A DNA stretch of 59,759 bases, filler included, from Sphacelaria rigidula (Eukaryota): the NCBI GenBank assembly GCA_964200075.2. It is 7 parts of 7 records of this genome, joined end to end, with 100 filler letters (N's around TTAATTAATTAA, not from the genome) between each part and the next. Parts side by side here need not be neighbours in the genome. Positions count along the whole stretch, not along the records: positions 34,209 to 42,659 come from CAXNAA020011089.1; positions 42,760 to 51,209 come from CAXNAA020011090.1; 5 more parts are not named here. One strand, given 5' to 3'. The position numbers and the translations under genes are program-made. Below the pieces are notes generated by a model. The model saw only the letters and a program-made list of their open reading frames with translations. It ran no database searches and was not told the origin of the DNA. Of this stretch, positions 34,591 through 46,668 are shown in pieces (the first letter of the stretch is position 1; every line of letters starts with the position of its first letter).

Positions 34591-35382
34591 CAGGGATGTG
34601 TACGGAGGACAATCCGCTCCGCGCTGCGGATTTTTTTTTCGAAACCTCACGGAGCGGATATCTGTATGTGTGGAAAATCACGGATTATGACGGTGCGTAT
34701 ATCCGCCACTAAAAATGTCACGGATTATTGCGGAGCGGATATCCGCCAACGAAAATGTCACGGTGGGATGCGGGTTTTTTCTAATATGGTACGGAGCGGA
34801 TATCAGTGGGAAAACTCACGGATTTTCACCGGGTGGATATCCGCCAATGAAAATGTCACGGACTATTGCTGAGCGGATATCCGTGGCATGGGTTTTTTCA
34901 CGGAGCGGATTGCCCCCCTCCGTGGGACAATCCGCACAAACCGCGGCAATTCCCCGCAGTGCACCGTCGCAGTAATCCGTGAAACCGATACGGTTATCCG
35001 CAAAAAAATTACGGATATCCGCGGATTAATGCCAAAAAGTACGAAAGTAGTTGTTTTGTTTTGACTTCCGGCTGCTGGACAGGGGGAACGGCGGATTAAA
35101 TAGCGCACATGTAGGTCGAATCCCTTGAAAAAAAAAAATCGAGAATAATGAACAGTACATATTTGAATTTTGAATGTCACCCTAAAGGACAGGGTGACGG
35201 GGGGCGGGGTGGCAGACGTGCAACAGCAGCAGCGCTAGACCCAGGACAACGACTATCCACCACAACAAAGAGCATGAAATACATTCCTCAAGAATGACGT
35301 CAATAGCGGCACAGTAGTTTCCAACTGAAAAGTGAGATCTTGACGCCAAGTTCGAATTACGCCTTCCAGCTCGAGGCGCACG

Positions 35383-35431
<49 letters not shown>

Positions 35432-36324
35432 GGGTGGGTGGGTGGGTGGGTGGGTGCGCGCGCGCGCGCGTATGTCCGTGCAAAGCGCGGGTTGCATGTT
35501 CACATCAAAATTTCAAAATTTCAGAACTGTATCAGCGAAGCGCTTATCCAGAGCAATATTTTTGAAGTTGGATTTCCAACTTACCCGGCATTCGGAACAA
35601 TTCATCCGTGGTATTTTGTGGTTTTTCAGCGGTTTGGTCTGAGTGATGCTACGGAGAGTGCACGGATGAAGTACGGAGTACAATATCAGAACCATATAGG
35701 CGAGTCCCTTATACAGAACGATAATTTTTATACTTCGAATTCTAAGTTATCCGGCATTCAGGACAATTTCGTCCGTGGAAATCCGTGGCTTTTCAGCGGT
35801 TTGATCTGAGATATGCTAAGGAGAACGCACGGATGGAGTACGGAGTGGTGCAGACTTTCAGAACCGTATCGGCGAATTGCTTATCCAAAGCAATATTTTT
35901 TAACTTCGAATTCTGAGTTATCCGGCATTCAGAACAAATTCATCCGTGGAAATCCGTATCTTTTTAGCGGTTCAATCCGTAAGTTATGCCACGGAGGACG
36001 CACGGATTACCTACGGAGTGGATAAAGACGCACCGTAGAAAACCGTGTTTCACGGTTCCAACCGCGCAGCTGTAATCAATACGGAGCGGAGCGTTTTTTT
36101 TTAACTATCACGGAGCGGATATCCGTACATCGGAAAATTCATGGATTATCGCGGAGCGGATTTTTCAAATATGGTACGGAGCGGATATCCGCCAGTGGGA
36201 GAAATCACGGATTGTCACGGTGCGGATATCCGCCCCCTACAAGTGCCACGGAGCGGGGCGGATTGACAAACCGCACCGTGATAATCCGCACCGCGGAGCG
36301 GATTGTCCTCCGTACACATCCCTG
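34591..36324. mobile_element. Non-autonomous hAT-like DNA transposon, ~1.73 kb
   Basis: 33-bp perfect TIRs CAGGGATGTGTACGGAGGACAATCCGCTCCGCG, flanks GAAAAAAA / GAAAAAAC, many subterminal CGGAGCGGATATCCG motifs and internal ~170-bp direct repeats (35521, 35686, 35858). No transposase ORF. Confidence 0.88.
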
Positions 36325-39300
36325 GAAAAAACGGCGTGAGGAAATTCGAAAACGTGCGCCGAAGTATGAAAAAGACTGCCGGCCTCCCTAATTACTTGAT
36401 TAAAGTATAGAATCGCCCTTTTTGAGGGTTGATTTTACGGTACAAGACCCAGCCGATTCAGTTTTCCGAGTTGAGCAACGAAAATTGGTACACACGTTTG
36501 TTGGGATACCAGCTGACCCCAAGATGTCAAAATTTTGGTGTTGAGGCATTCTGTACCGGTTTCCGGGGGTCTTTATGCTGGGACCCCTGGAAGCCAGTAG
36601 AGAACGGAGGAACTGTGAAATCTTGCCAAGAACGCAATTTTTCCATTTGGAGCATCAATACCTACGGAACTGCCAAGTTTGAGGATGATCTGAGCTTGGC
36701 TGCAACAGATAAAAGGGAAAACGTCACGAGGGTCCGTGGGTCTTTCGTACGTATCATGAGTGGAAATTAGACGACGCCAAAGCTCCACATCATCGAAACA
36801 TTGCGGTTAGTCGGAGCAAAACACACGGTTAGTCGGAGACAGAACGCGTACATGTCACTCACTGACTGACTGTCCTCGGCTGGTAAGGGGTGTCGAGTCA
36901 ACCAACAGAAAAGGAATGGAAGCGGCAGCTAGCGTGTGTTCATCCCCAGAAATTACTACACACTTGACAAATTTACGGCCCTGACGTCAAAGCGCTTCAT
37001 TGTGCAGCCGGACAAGGTACAGACACGTGCCGAAGCACAGTGGACATGCCGGCGGCGACAGCGATCCCGCAGCTTGAGAGAACTGCCAGCCGTGTGGCCA
37101 CGGCCCCCCTTGTGGGTAACTACCTGGCGGGTGGGGGCCAATACATACGACCACAGACGGTACACAATTCCAGGCCAAACCGACAAAAAAACGATATTTA
37201 GAGGCCGCCCGCCGAAAGGTAACAAAATGTATGGTCACATGTACATTTCTCGGGCTGGCCACGAACCTGCGGTCAGGCACGTCGATGGCCAAAAATCGGC
37301 GAAGTCGTCGCCAAACCCCTGGTGAAAGCCAAATTGAGTTGTCACCAACAAGTACACCGCGTGTGCCTTTCGCCAGAGTCCGTTCGCGACGCGAGTCGGC
37401 GAATCAGGCGACAGCGTTTGTTGCATTTCTGAAGCTCAGCTTTACTGGTTTCGGGCGAAAATGGAGGCGGCATGCCGGTTTTCGGCGATTGCTTCCATAA
37501 ACACACTATACGTGACAGCAGGGTCCGAGAAGTCAAAGTGCTTCCTTTCGATACTCCGCGTGCTCGGCGTCCAGTGCTGTAGTGCTGTGGGGAGTAAATA
37601 AAGAATAAGGGACCAAATGAGCTAACCCATTGTCCGGATCGATACACTATTGATACTAACAAGTACCATTGAAGTAGTTTATGAGCTGTCTGGCGTGACC
37701 ACTTTCGTGAATTAGAGTACTTTTAGCCGGTAGAGGCTAAAGAACACAATCTTGCACTTTTTATTGTTCCGATACGTTTCTTTCTTTCCTTTTTTCTCAC
37801 GTGTTGTTCGGGGCCCGTTAACTTTACTCCCTGTACAGATTGGAATGTCTGCGCTGGGAATCTATCGACGGGACAGCTTTCGTTAGATGTTACATTTTCC
37901 AACGTGGGAGGCGCCGCCACTTCAAAAAAAAAAAGCGAAACAGTGCCTAGAAATGAAAAATAAGTGACCTCATCCATTGTGCAGTACATCCTCCGATCTG
38001 TACGGAGTATGATCAGTACATCAAAGTGATGCCGCGATAGGATTCGGTACGAATGCTCTCGGGTAACACATGTCTTACGTACACACGGCAGCGTTGTTCA
38101 TGTAGGTGTTGTTTTTTGCAAAACAAAATAAAAAAAAACACCATAAGCGAACCCACAGCAAAAATGCTGGAAAAAAAACTGGCCTACTGGTACATGGGCC
38201 GAAGGAGCAGGATGAGTTGAAAATAAAGACCATGATCCCTTAAGTTTACCCTTGATGCTTGCCGGGTGGGGGGAAGAGGGCACGGGGCGGGGTTTTAATG
38301 TGACTTCAACAACCTGCACTTGGGAGATCTGAATCGAACTTTTGAGAAAATGGGGCTGAACATGTTACCCGTCATTTATTCGTGTGTGCCAAAACGTGAA
38401 ACAATGGAGTGATTTCGGGGAAATTTCGTGAGCACCCCGAGCGCAGGGTTAGGATCCAGTGTGGGAATATTTGCGTTTGAAAAAGGGTTCAGAATGACCA
38501 GACCGTGTTCGAGTAATCCTGATACGTAGGCAAAAACAAATCTCCAACTCATACGTTGGCCCGTCATTGAAGTTAAGTAATTAGGTCAATATTTCCCTCA
38601 GCGCCAGAGGGAGTTATCGCTGCTGAATGTCGGTTTCACCGACTACTCCTTAATTCAAGTGACTGTACTCAATCCGAGCGATGGGTTAGACTATCCTGAA
38701 GTCAAGTTCAATATTCTCCTCTTATTGCAGTATCCCGGCTCTCGGGTGAGCGAGACGGAAAATTTTTTCTGGGCGCATCTCACCGCTCCTGCAGCTCTTT
38801 ATTCAGCGGGATTCTACTTGTACGGCAGAGTGATCACTCAACAACGAGCAACGATGAATACCACAGCAAGCGAGAACAGCATAGGGCGCACTCGTGCAAA
38901 CCGACGGACTCCTAACTATACGCTGGAACGCATCCAAGTCGTAGGATCCCGCGAGCGGGTGTCGTGCTTTAGTTCAACGGTGGCAAATCTCGTTTGCGCT
39001 GGATCCCTCCCGAACTAGCGGCGATGAGAGCAGCTGGGAAATCCCACGCTTGGGATCGTTTTCGCTAATGTCGCCCACATGAGGCGCTTCATGTAATCTG
39101 AAGCTAGGTATTTCCACTCGGCGAAGTGTGCGCCGGTAACCCCCATGTCCGCGCCCGCGTAGAGATTGGCACAGGCCGCCCAGTACTGGCGAGTACCTAG
39201 CACGGTACCCGGGTTTTTGGAGGCGTTTTCAACATCCGGTACTGTACGCCGTAGAGTACCGGTGGGTTTACTCCCGTGGTTTACTGGATATTGCGGTATT

Positions 39301-39354
39301 ACTTACACAGAATTGGCGTTTCTCCCGATTCCCCACAGGAATTTTCCCTGTACT

Positions 39355-39650
39355 ACACGATCTGGGATTTTTTCTCGCAGCATTCTCAACAGTGGAGAGC
39401 GACCATGTATAGGTACACAAAAAGTTCACAGCAAGGCCGACGAGGAAAAGGGACCGCTGAGCTCATCTCGCCATCAAAAAGTAAGGCAAGCACCGCAGAA
39501 GGAAGGTGGAGCAGAAAAAAAACAAAACTCAAAACAAAAACTAAAAACTGCTGTGTTGACTGTCCTCCTGTGTGACCCGGGGTGATACGCGCACATTCAC
39601 CGAAAGGTTGAATCTGGCGTTCACAATATAGATGGGATCACAACAGAACA
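39355..39650 (+). mobile_element. tRNA-derived SINE body lacking the tRNA head
   Basis: ACACGATCTGGGA..CAACAGTGGAG..AGCACCGCAGAAGGAAGGTGGAG..CTCCTGTGTGACCC..AGATGGGAT matches the reverse complement of 1358-1645. Confidence 0.8.
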
Positions 39651-40281
39651 CGATACAGTAAAGGGTACTTTGAGATTCGCCGGTGAAATTACTCTGTGCG
39701 TTCCCCCTGCCGTCTTCGAGCACTTATTGGACAGTTTCCGTCTACGTGACAGCTACTTGTCGCCCATACGTTTCATGCATTTCCATGTGATTACTTTCGC
39801 TCGCGATCCTGAGTTTGGCCGATAGGAGGTACGGGGATCACGACAATCGACGTAGTTCGTATCGAATCAAACTGTCGAGAGATACAGCTCGAGCTATGTA
39901 TCCACGGGGAGCCTCAGTTAAAAGTTAAGGGGCACCGCGATCGCGAGATGGGCGTGTGCTTCGTTTCGGAACGAGTTTGGCAGCAGCATGAGGTTAAATC
40001 CTCAAGCCCCGACATGGACACCGGGGCTATGTAGCAGCGGAGACCGCAGTGGGGACAGCCTAGACAGGAGTGGAGGGGCTGTACACTACGTGGGTATGCA
40101 CACCAGAAGCGAGGAAGAGTAGAATTGGACAGAGCAGGAAAGTTGCACCTGCCTGTGGGAGAAGCCAAACACAGTCGGAAAGTCCTCTGCGCGATCATGG
40201 AAATTGCTTTAACCCTTTTGGAACCCGTTGACGATTTTTGTTTTGTGAATCGGCATCATTTTCAGACATTTTCAAGTCAGA

Positions 40282-42465
40282 ATGATGCGGATTCACAAAA
40301 ATAAGAATCGTAAATGGGTTCCCAAAGGGTTGAGAAAGAGAAGAAGAAAGAGGAGGAGGGGCCGGGCTAGGCGTAGGCTTGCTAGGAAAACAGCACTAAT
40401 AGCCCGGGCGAGGCGGCGGAATCAGCTTGTTCAGGCAGCCACTTACAACGTCAGAACTCGCGCTGTGAATGGAGCAAACGGATGGGGGCGAGACTACAGC
40501 GTCTCGTATGAGGCTGCGAGACTGAATATCTCGGTGGTAGGACTGCAGGAAACACAGAGGGCAGGACGAACAGGCTGTACAGCAGCAGGTTTCAGAGTCT
40601 CCTGCTGTGGGAGCGAATCAGGTGGGCAACTCGGTGTGGGGCTAGCCATCAAAGAGTCCATTTGCAACAACGCCACCTACACCACCGAGTAAATTGACGA
40701 GCGCCTGATGGCAATGAGGTTCGAAATCTCGGGGCAACGCGGGGCGATCAATTCATACACCAACCGAAGTCGCCAAGGACGAAACCAAACAACCGTTTTG
40801 AGGGATGTAAAACTGGAAAGCGCCTGCACACGACTCCCTCCCTGTAGAACTGCTCAAGATCGACGGCCGAGCCAAGCCCATCGTTCTCGAACGCTTCCAC
40901 GCCATCCTCGCCAAGGTGTGGAATGGAGGTGAGGTCCCGCGGGAGTGGAAAGACGCTACGATGACAGTGCTCTACAAGGAATCGGACGTCTCCAACTGTA
41001 ACAACTACCGGGGAATCTCACTAGTATCACACGCAGGGAAAGTGCTTTTGAAGATAGTGGCCAACCCCCCAGCGACTACTGCAAAGCCAGCGGGATACTG
41101 CCAGTGGAACGGTGCGGCTTCCGATCTGATCGATCCATCGTCGACATGTTATTCGTAGTGCGCCGACTCCAGGAACTGGAACGACGGAGAATACTACTAT
41201 ACATGTGCTTCGTCGACCGCCAGCATACCTATGATTCGGTCGCCCGAGAGCTCCTGTGATAGGTGCTTGCCCGAGCTGATATTCCGAATGAGATGATAGC
41301 AGTTACTCGCCAATTCTACGATGACATGCAGGCCCGCGTGCGCATGGGCGACGGGGAGCTCTCGGAGTGGTTGGAGGTCACTCAATAACTACGGCAAGGC
41401 TGTGTGTTGTCCCCGCTGCTGTTCAATATCTTTTTCGCTGCGGCGCTCAAGATAGTCCTCGTGGGATTTAGCGAGGACGACAAATCCTCAAGGACATGGT
41501 ATATCTCGACGAGGGGACGGTGAGGGAGACGAAGATACCTCTGAAACGTGTACGAAAAACGGTGTGGGATGCTGTATGCCGATGACGCGGCAGTCGTCTC
41601 GAGGTCCACTGACGGCCTGGCGAGGATGATGACCGTTATAGTACGCGTGTACGGGGCCTTCGGACTGACGGTGTCGGAGAAGAAGACAGAGACCCTACTG
41701 ATGCGCGTACCGGAAACATCGCCACAGAAGCGGCAGCCACCAACACCACCTCCACCACTGATCATCTAGGCAGCAGGCCAGAAGTACGCACAAACCATCA
41801 AGTTCCGATACTTGGGTGGGCTCGTCACCGAAAATGGCGACATCACACGAGAGATCAACAACCGGACCAGACCCGCATGTGCGTGCATCAGAAAGTTTTC
41901 CGGAGTGCTCTTTGACCGACCGAAAGCACCGTGGAGACTCAGGGTTCGACTGCTGAAGGCAGAGGGGATGGAGGCCCTACTGTATGGATGCATAACGAGG
42001 AAGGTACACTACCGACTCCTCCTGCGAGTTATCGGGTACCGCCGAGTGCGAGGCACATACCGACAGTTTTCGTATGCTCGGGCCCTCAAGAAGACCGATT
42101 GTACTGAAACCACCATCCGGCAACGGCGACTGCTGTTTGCGGGAGCCCTAGCTAGACAACCAGATGGACGACTACCGAAGCGACTGACATTCGGAACACT
42201 AGTGGAAGGGGAGGATCCAGGACCAGGGTGCCCTGAGCAAAACTGGCTCGAGTGCCTGCGGGACGATTTTCAAGCTTTCGGAGCCACGAACGGCTCTACG
42301 GATGACAACCGACAGACGGTCGGAGTTGAAAGTGCCCTCTGGCCTTCAGCAGCGAAAAAGGAAGGGGGGATACCATGGCACGCGGGGGTGCTGCAGGGAG
42401 CGGACAGGTTCATGACCTCTTGGCACAAGATCGAGGAAGAGGCCAGCCGACTACGTGCGGTTTAA
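40282..42465 (+). mobile_element. RTE-like LINE ORF relic (APE endonuclease plus RT), disrupted and internally deleted
   Basis: Endonuclease motifs ATYNVRT, VVGLQET and GVGLAIK; RT motifs [36 protein letters not shown] and FRYLG; C-terminal EALLYGC and DGRLPKRL. Stops and frameshifts, with a deletion near 40790. Confidence 0.92.
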
Positions 42466-42606
42466 CGGGAGCTTTGAGGAGAGCAGGGAAGACATGGAAG
42501 AGAATGTGTAGCCGGCGTGTACCGAACTGAGCACGGCGGAAGCGACAGAACCTCCCATACTTTCCACTTGTATTGTTTTCCCTCACTATATGCTGGCTTT
42601 CATGCC

Positions 42607-42659
42607 GGTCGCCCCGGTGGCTCAGTTGGTAACCTCGTAACCTTCTGATGGTTGAGTTG
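42607..42659 (+). mobile_element. tRNA-derived SINE head, cut by contig end
   Basis: GGTCGCCCCGGTGGCTCAGTTGGTAACCTCG matches the heads at 55029 and 1725. Confidence 0.8.
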
Positions 42660-43090
42660 NNNNNNNNNNNNNNNNNNNNNNNNNNNNNNNNNNNNNNNNN
42701 NNNTTAATTAATTAANNNNNNNNNNNNNNNNNNNNNNNNNNNNNNNNNNNNNNNNNNNNTTGGCACCGTCGACATGACCCACTACCTAGACTGTATGTTG
42801 TGTTACACATGCTACCGTTTTATTTGTTGTGATGCTGTTACAGGATGCTTGTACAAAATGACTATAGTGATTGTATACGGCCTGCACTATCTCCTCCATA
42901 AAACCCCACCTGTGCACGCAGTCTAACAGTTTATAGATAACAGTTCATGAGCAATGTGTTTCTACTGTGGGGACAAACCGTAGCGAATCACCATCGAACA
43001 TCGAATGTCAGACTATGCCCGCGGAAGATGCCCAGATTACCTCTGCCATGTACTGTTAATTCGAGTATATATACTGTAAGGACACATGTA

Positions 43091-43695
43091 CTTCCTCTGT
43101 GCCATAGGTAAAGTCCGTTGGGGGCGTTTAATCGTTCGCGTATTCCAACGTTGACGATCATCCTATGGTCGGATTCATTAGAGGGGTGAAACGCAAACGA
43201 AGCTGGTGAAGAAACAAAAACGAAAAAAACACTCGTTTTCATCACGAAGATTATGTCGACATGTACCACTTTTTGACCCTTTTTAATCCATTTATACCCC
43301 CACCATCGGCCGATTTTGGACGTTTTCACATCGAGTGTTAGCAGTTACATGCTAGCAAAATATTGGATGGGGCGTGCGTAGGTTTAAATCACGGACATGT
43401 CCAAAATCATTGGTGGTTTTGCGATTTTCACATTTTGTGGTCCATTTTTCGTGATTTTTCGTGTCCCCGGGTCTCTTACGCTTTCCTGGGAAAACGAGCG
43501 AAACATGAACGTTTTTGGACCGACCTACGTTTTCTCGGCCGCGCGGATGCATGGGTCAAGCACCTATGTTGCAGAAAAAATATTGGTTCAAGTTCGAAAA
43601 ACGCCTACGAATGCAATGAAAAGATCGAAAATCAAATATCACACCGTCAAGGGCCCGTATAACCATTACGGACTTTACTTATGGCACAGAGGAAG
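43091..43695. mobile_element. Tc1/mariner-type (Stowaway-like) MITE, 605 bp
   Basis: TA|CTTCCTCTGTGCCATAGGTAAAGTCCG ... CGGACTTTACTTATGGCACAGAGGAAG|TA gives TIRs and a TA target duplication. Confidence 0.88.
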
Positions 43696-46668
43696 TATTA
43701 TAGTATAGTCATCGTGCTGCATGAGTGAAACGTTTGACCGCATTCTTTAACCAGTAGACGTGAGTTCATGAACTGCTCTGGCATGTGAAAGAGATGAAAA
43801 GGGACTCCCGAGATGCCATCTTCTGAAATTAATGATGGATAGAGCATGCCTTGGGGAACGAAAGCCACCTACTAACCGCATCTCATACACGACCGTGTAT
43901 GCAACTGATAGAGAATGGCACTGTTACGCTGCAGTTCGCTAATGCACGAAAACTGTTTGTGTAACCGCAATGTCATACTGTCTGCATACATGCTACCAGG
44001 CACGGTACTATGTAAGCCGATTTGCCGTGAACGGAAATTGCGAGGTGTGATGGTATGTGACCGCGTGCGATAATTAAACTAGTACAGTAGATTATCACGA
44101 TCGTTTTACAAACAATCGGCGGGTATGAAAAGATCCTTAGTCGAAAGTGTGCTTATATAAGGTAGATATTGGATTGTTGTTATGGTTGATGCAGCTGCTT
44201 GAAGCTGGATACAGAGTTGTACCTGACCAGCCGCAGGCGTACGTCACTACTGACGCTTTGATTGGCCACAGCATGGCGCGTCAGGCTGATTTTGTAATAT
44301 GACAGGGTTGTATGCGAGGCAGGGTAAGGGCGAACAGCGCGCTGACCATCGCCTACCGTGTTCACTCGACCCACCGATCCGTCTGCAGGCATCTATTCTA
44401 TATAAGAAGAGCTTTTCACACATCACCTACCACCATCGGTCTCTCCCGTCTACACGGTCGCGAGCCCACAACCTTGACGTGAGTCTCTAGCTGCGCTATA
44501 CCATCACCCTTATCCACAATTGTTATTTATGTTGAGGTTTTGGGCTGTGTGATTCTCCCCAAACAGCTAGTTGATTGAAAGAGAAAGAACTCTCAGTTTG
44601 ATATTTCAAGTTGAGCACAGGACTGGCGGCTTGTCATATTCTCTCTCTTGTGGGGTGCGACTTGCTCTGCTAGTGCATACTACGACATTTATGGGGCTTC
44701 AGAGGTACCTTGTTATCTCAAGCTGTAGGGTTGTCTCTCTCGTCGCCTGCTGTTCACGCAGCAGCCAAACACAAGCTCACGTTTTTTTTTGTCAAGTCGT
44801 GTCTTTCCGGTCCTTGATTTTCACTTGATATTTGTATACACGATTTAGCGGTGTGACCTCACCCACTCGGGTATTTTGCTTCTTGGTCCAAGCAGGGACA
44901 GCTGTTTTTCTTGCGACCGAACCATGAGGCGCGTGAGGTACGCACACAAACGCAAGCCCTCTCTTGCTTCACAACCATATTCCCCCCCACTTGCAGGCCA
45001 TACCGACGGTACAAACCAGCCTACTGTGACGGATGTGCTCTCTCTGGTAACGTTGTACACTGCACAGAGAACGCATCTCGTTTTCAAGCACATTCGATCT
45101 GAACGGCTGTTTATTTTTCACCCACGGGCGGTTCTCGGAAAATACAGCCTCCCCCACGTTCGTTGTTCACATACGCCCCTCACGAGCCCGTAGCTTTTTC
45201 AACGCCCCCCCGACCACCTGCCCCGCCAGTGCCCCCGCTCACCACTCGTCAACTCTGTACCAACCATACCGGCCGACATGTGTCCCAACACACGCCGATT
45301 CATGCTTGCAGGTGGGGAGCACGCGGGCTATTTCAATCGCAGCCCGCTATGCAGACGACTTCTTTTTCACAAACACGGAACGTTGAGCTCACCATGTACA
45401 CCGAATAATATCGATTCGACATAATGGGCCAGGATTAAGAATGTTGTCTGTACACGCAAGGAACACGAGCATTGTTGAACACGGCGACGCGCGAGGCTCA
45501 TGTACACAAGCTCTCGACTCTGTACTTCTATCACTTTTACATGGCACCAGTTTACACTTCAGTTTGATTGTTTCCTCACCGAACACGCACTACAGTACGT
45601 ACTTGATCGTCCAGAAGGCAGTGTATCTTTCGTGTTGAAATATTGTTCCGAATTGAAGTACTGACCATAGTACAGTGCCAAAATGTTTGCGGACGGTGAG
45701 GTGCCGTGCTATAGCAGTTGGTACTGCTGCCCTTTTCTGAACAGAGCCATGTATATTGCATTGTAGATATGATCGCACACGGCGCGGGTATAGCGTTGCG
45801 CCGGGTTTTCTTCGTGTGATACGAACACATTGATGTTGGTACTGCACTGTTGACCCACGCCCGCTGCACCACGCGAAGATCATATGTACTGTACTGTGCC
45901 ACATAGCATTTTGCTGTCTGGTACTTCGTACGTTGCTGTTTGTACTGCACTACAAATTTTTATTACGGTTGTTCCTGTACATCACTAATTGTCTACCTTA
46001 TACGATGTACATCACCGAGACCCCAACTCGGCTATTTTCAGCGAACTACGCAGTAGTGTATTGAGTGTCGTCAGCTGCGTTGGTATTGCCTCTGGAAATA
46101 CGGCATCCGAGACTTCTTTTTTTTTCTCAACCTCAACATGTTCTCAAAACAGAACTGAGCGGTTTGACGTTGCTGGTCGCTGCGTCCCACACGTAGATCC
46201 CTTCATGGCATGCAGGTTTGTCCAATGCGCTGTTGCGCTGGTGACAGTCACTGTATGCCAGTTGATTGTGACAACCTCCGTTTTCTTCTTGTCTCTCTGC
46301 TGTTACAGTTTATCCACCAACACACACACATACGGTTTGTTGTGTGCCTTCGACAGTTTTTTGTTTCCCTTTCGTCTGCACCTGATTGAAAAGGTGGTAG
46401 ACCGCATGCATGTGCGGACTGCGCGGACTAACTACATGTCGATCGAAAACTGTCGACAGTACCCTGCCACTCTATTCCTTTTATTTTTGTTCACTCCGCC
46501 CCAGTCCTCAACAACTATGCTTTCTCCCACGACGAAACGCTCACTTTTCAACTTCCGCACCGCTACGTTACCGGTCTTGCGCAATTGCGCAGGTGTACAA
46601 GCCATGTCACGAAGGATGGTTCGCCCCCTCCAGACAATGGTTAAACAACCGTAGAGTCAACCTAAACC

